Source of the DNA: Candidatus Sysuiplasma jiujiangense
GTDB taxonomy: Archaea > Thermoplasmatota > Thermoplasmata > Sysuiplasmatales > Sysuiplasmataceae
Direction: 5' to 3'
Length of the DNA: 64,000 bases
Assembly: GCA_019721075.1 (NCBI GenBank)
Contig: JAHEAD010000008.1
Span: 1-64,000, forward strand
Part shown: positions 57,047 through 64,000 of the stretch, piece after piece
How the letters are laid out: every line of letters begins with the position of its first letter
Position numbering within the stretch: position 1 is the stretch's first letter
Program-made: the position numbers and the translations under genes
The notes under the pieces: model-generated
Told to the model about the DNA's origin: nothing
Database searches by the model: none
What the model saw: the letters and a program-made list of their open reading frames with translations, nothing else

Positions 57047-58228
57047 TCAGTAGCTTTTCCAGGTACCGCCTATTACCCACACGGGCTCATCGGGATTGAA
57101 ATATTCCTGTCCCTCCACCTTGAGTTGTTCCAGCATTTTTTCATTCACGCTTATGCCGAGGCCCGGCTTCTTGCTTACGCTGAAGTGCCCTCCCTCGACA
57201 GGCGTTGAGTTTCCGATGAGATCCCTCTTCCATCCCGGAAAGAAGTCGTAGAATGCTTCCTGAATAAGGAAATTTGGTATTGACGCATCGACCTGGATAG
57301 TCACTGCATTCTGTATCGGCCCGAAAGCGTTGTGGAATGCCATTTCTATGCCGTAAGATTCAGCGATTGCAGCCATCTTCCTTGCCTCTGTCACGCCGCC
57401 ACAGTTCGTTATGTCCGCCTGGAAAAAGTCCAGTAGATCGCGTGATGCAAGAGCAACAAAATGCTGTTTTGTCAGAACCCTTTCACCCAGTGCCACTCTT
57501 ATGCCGGTGCTGTTCCTGTACTTCTCCAGGCCGTCGAAATCCTCAGGATGTACCGGTTCCTCCGCGAAGAGTGGATTGAATGGCTCAATCGCCTTTGCAA
57601 TTCTGATTGCTGAATTTGGATTGAATCTGCCATGGTGTTCTATCATAAGGTCAACTTTATCTCCGGCGGCATCCCTGACAGCTTTAAGCCTCTCAACCGC
57701 CTGGCGTATTCCATTCTCATCAATCCAGTCAAAATACGGGCCGAATATGTCGAATTTCAGGCCCGTATATCCCATCTTCACGATTTCCTTTGTCCTTTTC
57801 GCCCATTGGTCCGGCGTGACGCAGTTGCTGTACCATCCATTTGCATATACCCTTATTTTGTCCCTGAAATTCCCGCCGATAAGCCTGTGAAGAGGTGTTC
57901 CCAGGCTCTTGCCAATAATGTCCCAGCATGCGATATCAAACGCGCTGAGCGCTGTTGTGCTCTCAAATGACTCGGACAGATAAAAATCGTGTTTATACCA
58001 TTCCCACCTGTTTCGCTCCACATCAAACGGATCCCTGCCCTTGTAGACCCTCCCGACTTCCTTAAGGGAGGAGACCACGGGCTCGACCCTTAATGTCGGT
58101 ACCGCTTCTCCATAACCCACAATACCGTCTGATGTCGTGACCCTGACCACAATAGCAGAAGAAGCCCATGTCTGCCCGCTGGCAACCTCCTTCCCGAGCT
58201 GATAAATTTCGTAGTCGCTTATTTTCAT
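57047..58228 (-). CDS. Enolase-superfamily acid-sugar dehydratase (archaeal gluconate dehydratase-like)
   Basis: GYGEAVPTLR, DIACWDIIGK, YANGWY, LKFD, EHHGRF, EEP, LGER, FHNAFGP. Confidence 0.8.
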   Translation of the reverse strand: MKISDYEIYQLGKEVASGQTWASSAIVVRVTTSDGIVGYGEAVPTLRVEPVVSSLKEVGRVYKGRDPFDVERNRWEWYKHDFYLSESFESTTALSAFDIACWDIIGKSLGTPLHRLIGGNFRDKIRVYANGWYSNCVTPDQWAKRTKEIVKMGYTGLKFDIFGPYFDWIDENGIRQAVERLKAVRDAAGDKVDLMIEHHGRFNPNSAIRIAKAIEPFNPLFAEEPVHPEDFDGLEKYRNSTGIRVALGERVLTKQHFVALASRDLLDFFQADITNCGGVTEARKMAAIAESYGIEMAFHNAFGPIQNAVTIQVDASIPNFLIQEAFYDFFPGWKRDLIGNSTPVEGGHFSVSKKPGLGISVNEKMLEQLKVEGQEYFNPDEPVWVIGGTWKSY

Positions 58229-58253
58229 AGTGAGGCATAGCACATGGGATAGT

Positions 58254-58268
58254 AAAACATTATGTTTT
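58254..58268. promoter_or_regulatory. Perfect palindrome upstream of the dehydratase gene
   Basis: AAAACAT-T-ATGTTTT, 26 nt upstream of ATG 58228. Confidence 0.35.
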
Positions 58269-58300
58269 CACTGAAATGATAAAACTGCCTGTCACGCAGA

Positions 58301-59044
58301 TCAATATTCTGATGCGACGCGATTGGTCAGCCTTCCTATGCCCTCAATGTCCACATCCACTACGTCGCCCGGTTTGATCGGCGAAATACCCCTTGGCGTG
58401 CCTGTCAGGATGATGTCGTCCTCATAAAGCGTCATGAATGCGCTCAGGAATTCCACAATCTCACCGACAGTGTGAATGAACATCAGCGTGCTGCCCTCCT
58501 GCTTAACCTCACCGTTGACGGTTGTCCTGATCTGCAACCCTCCGTCCAGGTCTATATCTTCAGCGGATGCAACCCAGGGACCGAGCGGACAGAATGTGTC
58601 GAACCCTTTTGCCTTAACCGGGGGCCTGAATGTATTTGTGATAAAGTCCCTCGCCGTGACATCGTTTGCTACGGTGTATCCTCGAACAAAGTTCAAAGCA
58701 TCGGACGATCTTACGTTACGCGTTTTCCTTCCTATTACGACCGCCAGCTCACCCTCGTAATGTACATAGGTCGCGCCTGAGGGATAAATTATGTTTTCCA
58801 TATGCCCGACGAGGGTATTCGGCGGCTTGAGGAAAATGAGCGGGGACTCTCCGGGACTCAGTCCCAGCTCATCCGCATGATCTCTATAGTTGAGTACCAG
58901 CCCTATTACTTTTGATGGCCTGACAGGCGGGAGGAAACGCACCTCATCCACAGAGTAATAGCCACCCGTCTCATCAAACAGGCGTTTGCCTTCTGCAGTC
59001 CCGGTATGCTCCTTGCCCGAAAACACAAACCTTACGTATTTCAC
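58301..59044 (-). CDS. hpaG: Fumarylacetoacetate hydrolase family protein (HpaG-like decarboxylase/isomerase)
   Basis: LNYRDHA, HYEGEL, ANDVTARDF...FRPPVKAKGFDTF, TGTP. Confidence 0.75.
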   Translation of the reverse strand: MKYVRFVFSGKEHTGTAEGKRLFDETGGYYSVDEVRFLPPVRPSKVIGLVLNYRDHADELGLSPGESPLIFLKPPNTLVGHMENIIYPSGATYVHYEGELAVVIGRKTRNVRSSDALNFVRGYTVANDVTARDFITNTFRPPVKAKGFDTFCPLGPWVASAEDIDLDGGLQIRTTVNGEVKQEGSTLMFIHTVGEIVEFLSAFMTLYEDDIILTGTPRGISPIKPGDVVDVDIEGIGRLTNRVASEY

Positions 59045-59943
59045 ACCATCACTTCCCTCTTAAGACCGTACGTTTCGAGCAGTTCTCTGAGTTTTGATCT
59101 CTTCCGTGCGGGGAGTTTCAGCAGCGGCGGCCTGAGTATGTTGTTCGCCAGACCAAGCATTTCCATGGCTGCTTTCAGCGGAACAGGATTGGTTTCCCAG
59201 AAAATTGCCTCGTTGATTGGAAAGAGCCTGAAATGAAGTTCCATGGCCTTCTTCCACTTTCCTGAGACTGCGAAATCGTACAAGGCGGCGACTTCCCGGG
59301 GCAGGATATTTGCAGTCGCGCTGAAGTGCCCGGCACCGCCTATTGCAAGCATCGGGTAGCAGAGCGATTCTATTCCGGAATATAGCAGAAAATCAGGACC
59401 GCACTTAGATAATATGGATGTTGCTGCATCCATATCCCTGCTGGACTGTTTGATGCCGATTATATTGCTGTTCGACACGTTGAGTCTGTAAACAGTTTCC
59501 GGCAGAATATCGGTTGCTGTCCTGCCCGGGATATTGTATATTATCAGGGGAAGAGAAACAGACCGGGCAATCCTGGAAAAATATTTTAAAAGCGCCTCCT
59601 GGGACGGTTTGACATAATATGGCACAATAACCAGGGCTGCATCGGCCCCGATGCGCTCCGCACGCTTTGTAAGCCGCATAGTGTCCGTAAGATTATTTGT
59701 TCCCGTGCCGGCAATGAACGGAACGCGCCCATTAATGAATTCGGCAGTCCGTTCGAAAAGCTGTTCCCTTTCCTCTAGCGAAAGGGAGGTGGGCTCACCG
59801 GTGGTTCCAGCTACGGAAATGCAGTGTGTTCCATTACGAATCTGCCAGTCTACCAGTCTAGAAACGCATTCGAAATCTATCGAATTGTTGATTCTGAAAG
59901 GAGTCACCAGCGGAACAATGGAACCGCGCAGTTCTCTGTTCAT
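59041..59943 (-). CDS. hpaI: DapA-family aldolase, probably HpaI-type 2,4-dihydroxyhept-2-enedioate aldolase
   Basis: GTTGEP, YNIPGR, GIKQS, YSGIESLCYPMLAIGGAGH; overlaps hpaG. Confidence 0.65.
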   Translation of the reverse strand: MNRELRGSIVPLVTPFRINNSIDFECVSRLVDWQIRNGTHCISVAGTTGEPTSLSLEEREQLFERTAEFINGRVPFIAGTGTNNLTDTMRLTKRAERIGADAALVIVPYYVKPSQEALLKYFSRIARSVSLPLIIYNIPGRTATDILPETVYRLNVSNSNIIGIKQSSRDMDAATSILSKCGPDFLLYSGIESLCYPMLAIGGAGHFSATANILPREVAALYDFAVSGKWKKAMELHFRLFPINEAIFWETNPVPLKAAMEMLGLANNILRPPLLKLPARKRSKLRELLETYGLKREVMV

Positions 59944-60082
59944 CGATTTCAGGGATAATATCCGCTGGACTTTCTTAATATTGACTGATCGCCTTATTCC
60001 AGACGAACCGCATGTGGGATGGCATCAACACCGTGCATGATGCCGGCAAGCCATGGCTTACAGCAACAGGCAGTTATTTTCC

Positions 60083-61078
60083 CTAAATCCTGCTGCGTAT
60101 CAGAAGCATGTCACGGAAAACTGCGCGTGCTGTGCTTCTCCCGCCTGCCCCCGAACCCGTGAGCGTGACAACATCGCCGCCGTCGATGTGGTACGAGAGC
60201 GCATTGAGAGTTCCGTTTATATTGAGTCTGTCCGAAACTGGTATCGCTACTGGAGAAACAGATGCTCGACCATCAAACTCGGCTATCAGCCTTATGGTAT
60301 TTCCCGCGCGCAATGCTTCGAGCATGTCTTTGCCTGAAATTTCGCCGATACCTTTGACCGTAACATCGCCAAGACGTAGCGACGCGCCGCAGAGCCAGTT
60401 AGCAAGTATTACGATCTTTGCGGCTGCATCTGTACCGTTGATGTCGTTTGAGGACTCCGCTTCGGCAATGCCCAGGCGGCGAGCTTCGGCGAGTGCAATA
60501 TTCTGAGAAACTCCTTCCGTCATTCTGGAAAGTATGAAATTTGTTGTTCCGTTCAGAACGCCTCTGAGGGCACGTATTCTGTTAGGGAAAAGACATTCTT
60601 TTCCAAAATCAAGGAAGGGTGTCCCTCCTCCAACTGTCGCGCCAAATTTCAGCATGACACCGTTTTCCTGCGCTGCCTCCAGTGCTTCCGTCATCCGAAT
60701 TGCCATGACTGCCTTGCTTGCCGTAACATAGTGCATACCGGCTCTGAAGGAAGAACGCATGATTTCAAGCGAAGAGTCGCACTCACGGTAGTCTGTAGGC
60801 AGGCAGTCCACGACAATATCGGCATCCGTCTCTTTGATCAGTTCGCGGATCCTGCCCCCCTGACAGAAATTAGGGAGGGTTGATATCGTCCCCTCTTTCT
60901 TGGAGTTGAGAACAGATGCGAACTTCAGTCCGTCAGGGTGCGACGCGAATCCGGTGGAGTCGGCAACTCCGATCAGCTTGAAATCGCCTGTTGTGCGAGA
61001 CTGATGGAAGCCACTCTCTTCCATGATAGAAAGAAGCGATCGCCCGACTTCACCCAGTCCAATTAAAATAAATCTCAA
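60083..61078 (-). CDS. hom: Homoserine dehydrogenase
   Basis: GLGEVG, VTASK, ATVGGGTP, LNGTTNFIL, D.NGTDAAAK, GAGGRSTA. Confidence 0.9.
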   Translation of the reverse strand: MRFILIGLGEVGRSLLSIMEESGFHQSRTTGDFKLIGVADSTGFASHPDGLKFASVLNSKKEGTISTLPNFCQGGRIRELIKETDADIVVDCLPTDYRECDSSLEIMRSSFRAGMHYVTASKAVMAIRMTEALEAAQENGVMLKFGATVGGGTPFLDFGKECLFPNRIRALRGVLNGTTNFILSRMTEGVSQNIALAEARRLGIAEAESSNDINGTDAAAKIVILANWLCGASLRLGDVTVKGIGEISGKDMLEALRAGNTIRLIAEFDGRASVSPVAIPVSDRLNINGTLNALSYHIDGGDVVTLTGSGAGGRSTARAVFRDMLLIRSRI

Positions 61079-61097
61079 AATAAAGCACTCCTGATTT

Positions 61098-62297
61098 TCA
61101 AATAGCTGTCAAAATCTTCCGCAATTCGGCGGAGGACGAAATAACTGTGGAGTCGAAGGCTCCGGAAACGCTGACATCCTTGAGTCCGTTTCCTGTCGCA
61201 ACGCAGACGACTGTTTCGCCCTGCTTGAAAAGATGTCTGGATGACAGCCTGATTAGAGCCGCAACGGTGGAAGCGCTGGCAAGCTCCGAAAGGATCCCTT
61301 CCTTCTCCGCGAGCATTTTCCTGGCATCTATGATCTCGCGGTCCGTGACAGCGATTGCAAGCCCAGCCGATTCCCTTACAGCGGATAAGGCCCTCTTCCA
61401 GTTTGCTGGTTTTCCGATCCTTATTGCGGAAGCCTCGGTTTCAGGCGATTCTGTAAACTCTATAGAACTCAGACCTTTCTCATATGCGTGCACGATCGGA
61501 GATGCACCCTCTGCCTGGACAGCGACTATTTTCGGGAGCCCGGAAATCACGCCGATTGATCTGAACTCCTTGAATCCCTTCCAGTATGAACTTATGTTTC
61601 CACCGTTTCCAACCGGGATAACGAGCCAGTCGGGAGCAGCGGAAAGCTGATCGCATATTTCGAATGCGGCAGTCTTTTGTCCCTCTATCCTTAAGGGGTT
61701 TACGGAATTCATTATTCCCGTTCCATCAGTCCCTTCATTCTCCTTCACTATTTCAAGCGCCTGATCGAAATTACCTTTCGTTTCAACGATCCTGGCGCCA
61801 TAGGCAACACATTGAGCGAGTTTGGTTTTGGCGACTTTGCCCCGGGGGACAACGACGACCGTGGGAATGCCCGCTTTTGCACCATATGCCGCCATTGAAG
61901 AAGCCGTATTTCCTGTTGAAGCACACATTGCGATCCGTACACCTGTCGCCTTTGCCACGGTCATGGCGACACTCATTCCCCTGTCCTTGAATGAACCGGT
62001 GGGATTTTTTCCTTCATTCTTGACAAACAGTTCTTCGATCCCCATAACCTCTGCCAGGTTTTCAGCGTAATGAAGCGGTGTACCGCCTTCTGACAGGGAG
62101 ACTATCTTTTCCTCATCTACCTGGGGGAGAAGTGCGGAATAGCGCCACAAATTGAAATCCTGCGGCGGCGGCAGCAAACTGCTTACCTTAACCTCACCCT
62201 CGCTCATCCATTCGAGCAGCCCTCCGCATTTCTTGCATGACAGAAGTACAGATGAGGCTGAAATGACAGTCGAGCAGTCAAGGCAGATGAAATTCAT
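61098..62297 (-). CDS. thrC: Threonine synthase
   Basis: EGGTPL, NPTGSFKDRG, ASTGNT, EGQKT, PVGNGGN, TGNGLKD. Confidence 0.93.
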   Translation of the reverse strand: MNFICLDCSTVISASSVLLSCKKCGGLLEWMSEGEVKVSSLLPPPQDFNLWRYSALLPQVDEEKIVSLSEGGTPLHYAENLAEVMGIEELFVKNEGKNPTGSFKDRGMSVAMTVAKATGVRIAMCASTGNTASSMAAYGAKAGIPTVVVVPRGKVAKTKLAQCVAYGARIVETKGNFDQALEIVKENEGTDGTGIMNSVNPLRIEGQKTAAFEICDQLSAAPDWLVIPVGNGGNISSYWKGFKEFRSIGVISGLPKIVAVQAEGASPIVHAYEKGLSSIEFTESPETEASAIRIGKPANWKRALSAVRESAGLAIAVTDREIIDARKMLAEKEGILSELASASTVAALIRLSSRHLFKQGETVVCVATGNGLKDVSVSGAFDSTVISSSAELRKILTAI

Positions 62298-62873
62298 TTC
62301 AGCACCGTGTTTACCGGAAAGCGGAAAGACTACGGTATTTTAAAAGATTGTATCGAATCGATGACAGCACGGTATAATTTTCAGCATAAGGCAATAAACC
62401 GAAGGAATCGTGACGGATCCCGGTTTTGCAGTGAACGTACCAGATCAATTCACGGACCGGGCAGTGGCAATGTCACGGAAGCGCGATGACCTGCTGATTT
62501 ATACCTGCTGCGGTCAAATATGTCATCAGCTCCCAGCGGCACACTTGCAGGTAACAATCAGTCACGGCTTCGCATCTTCAGGCCAGCGGTTGCGCTGCCT
62601 GGTGCTTTGCTGTTCAGACGCCTATGGAACAGCTACTGACATCCTGTTTTATGGAAGGGATTAATGAACCTTCATAGCTGAATGCATAATTATTGCAGCG
62701 CCGGAGACAAAAACAGAGCGGGAACCAAATAGGGTGCAGGCAATGTGCTTTTGCCTCTGCAGAGACAAAAGAACGACACATACAATTGAACTGCCAGAGC
62801 GTACAGGTCAAATTGTGGCAGAGTCTCGATGTCCAAAGTTTAATAGCGACTGTTGCTTTTCGTGTGTTGAAAG

Positions 62874-63572
62874 GTGATACAGACGACAAAATTGACCTGG
62901 CTGGGCCATTCCGCATTTCTGCTTGAAGGAAAGAACAGAATACTGTTTGACCCGTTTATTTCCGGGAATCCTGTTGCAAAATCCAGGCCCGCCGAGATAA
63001 AAACCGATATCGTTTGTGTTTCGCATGGCCACGGCGATCACGTGGGCGACTCTGTAGACATTGCAAAGAGAAACAAGGCCCCAATTGCGTCAATTTTCGA
63101 ACTGGCTGTTAGATTTGATTCTCAGGGAGCCAAAGTGGAACAGATGAATATCGGCGGCGGCGTCAGAATTATGGATAGCAGCATAAACATGGTAAATGCT
63201 CTGCACTCGTCTGATGTATTTGAGGGGGAAGCGCTTCAGACAGGCGGTTCGCCGGCCGGTTTTGTGGTGGAAAGCGGCGTCACTGTTTATCATGCGGGGG
63301 ACACGGGATACTTCGGCGATATGAAATGGATAGGAGACTTCTACAGGCCGAAGGTTGCAATACTACCGATTGGAGATCGATTCACGATGGGGATCAGAGA
63401 GGCTGCGTTTGCTTCATCGGTTATTGCGCCGGAAATCGTGATTCCTATGCACTACAGTACGTTTCCCGCAATACAGCAGGATCCGTCGAAGTTTGAGGAG
63501 GAGGTCAGGCGGATCAGCTCTGGAAATATAAGGGTAAAGGTTATGAAGGTCGGCGAGACAATAGAGCTCTGA
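62874..63572 (+). CDS. UPF0173 metal-dependent hydrolase (MBL fold)
   Basis: WLGHSAF, DPFI.GNP, SHGHGDHVGD, HAGDT, PMHY.TFP; start may be ACG 62883. Confidence 0.9.
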   Translation: MIQTTKLTWLGHSAFLLEGKNRILFDPFISGNPVAKSRPAEIKTDIVCVSHGHGDHVGDSVDIAKRNKAPIASIFELAVRFDSQGAKVEQMNIGGGVRIMDSSINMVNALHSSDVFEGEALQTGGSPAGFVVESGVTVYHAGDTGYFGDMKWIGDFYRPKVAILPIGDRFTMGIREAAFASSVIAPEIVIPMHYSTFPAIQQDPSKFEEEVRRISSGNIRVKVMKVGETIEL

Positions 63573-63583
63573 AAGGATATCCA

Positions 63584-64000
63584 ATGAGCCAGGATCGCCA
63601 GACGAAAGGAGATATGTCGACAGCAAGAGGCATAGCAAAGGCCATTGCCGACACGGCCTACAGCGCTTATGAAAAGCGTCTCCTGGCGGAAGTGAGGAAA
63701 TTCCCTGTTCCAAGGCATGTGGCTGTAATAATGGACGGCAACAGGCGATATGCGGAAGAAATGGAATTGCTGCAGAATGAAGGGCACAGGAGGGGCAAGG
63801 ATAAACTGGAGCAAATGCTTGACTGGTGTCTGCTGCTGGATATCAGGGTGCTGACTGTCTATGCATTTTCCACGGAAAACATGAAGCGGAACAGCGACGA
63901 GGTAGAATCGCTGATGAATATGTTTGAGGAGAATTTCAAAAAGGTGGGGGATGATGCGCGAGTGCACAGGCATCACATACGGATAAGGGCCATAGGGCAG
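63584..64000 (+). CDS. uppS: Polyprenyl (undecaprenyl-type) diphosphate synthase, partial at window end
   Basis: Manual translation: PRHVAVIMDGNRRYA...GHRRG...TVYAFSTEN..R...EV; absent from the ORF track because there is no stop in the window. Confidence 0.92.
   Translation, partial: MSQDRQTKGDMSTARGIAKAIADTAYSAYEKRLLAEVRKFPVPRHVAVIMDGNRRYAEEMELLQNEGHRRGKDKLEQMLDWCLLLDIRVLTVYAFSTENMKRNSDEVESLMNMFEENFKKVGDDARVHRHHIRIRAIGQ

Noticed and set aside
63452..63976. 174-aa minus-strand ORF
   Set aside because: Antisense to the partial uppS gene.

Overview
Archaeal chromosomal segment. The MCM, Csl4, Nob1, NMD3 and Tsr3 genes, archaeal-type TpiA/GlyA/RibB, GGTGA-type Shine-Dalgarno (SD) sites and TATA promoters support this; a Thermoplasmatota-like acidophile is my inference, not verified. 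It is mostly core metabolism: a succinate dehydrogenase/fumarate reductase operon with atypical membrane anchors, cobQ, an acetyl-type arginine operon (argC-J-B-D-[ACT protein]-G-H), tpiA/gapN, acs/satP, the methylcitrate cycle (prpD-B-C) plus a second citrate synthase, a riboflavin operon with an embedded amidohydrolase, RNA-processing genes, mcm, a split 4-hydroxyphenylacetate (hpa) cluster, hom/thrC and partial uppS. Accessory parts are the start of an IS607-like transposase at the left edge, a small island of orphan secreted/membrane genes at the 3' end of tRNA-Val(CAC), a wHTH-TPR gene, and a three-gene SPFH/zinc-ribbon module. Best leads: (1) a deaminase-type amidohydrolase inside the rib operon, a candidate for the archaeal pyrimidine-deaminase step; (2) an SDH whose Fe-S subunit is fused to an SdhD-like anchor, apparently lacking the canonical heme His ligands; (3) an exact ORB-core 14-mer directly upstream of mcm, with related elements in a nearby AT-rich region; (4) several genes that appear to need ATT/ACG/ATA start codons; (5) a perfect 48-bp identity between two divergent citrate-synthase paralogues. 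All calls come from motif recognition by eye; no searches were run.
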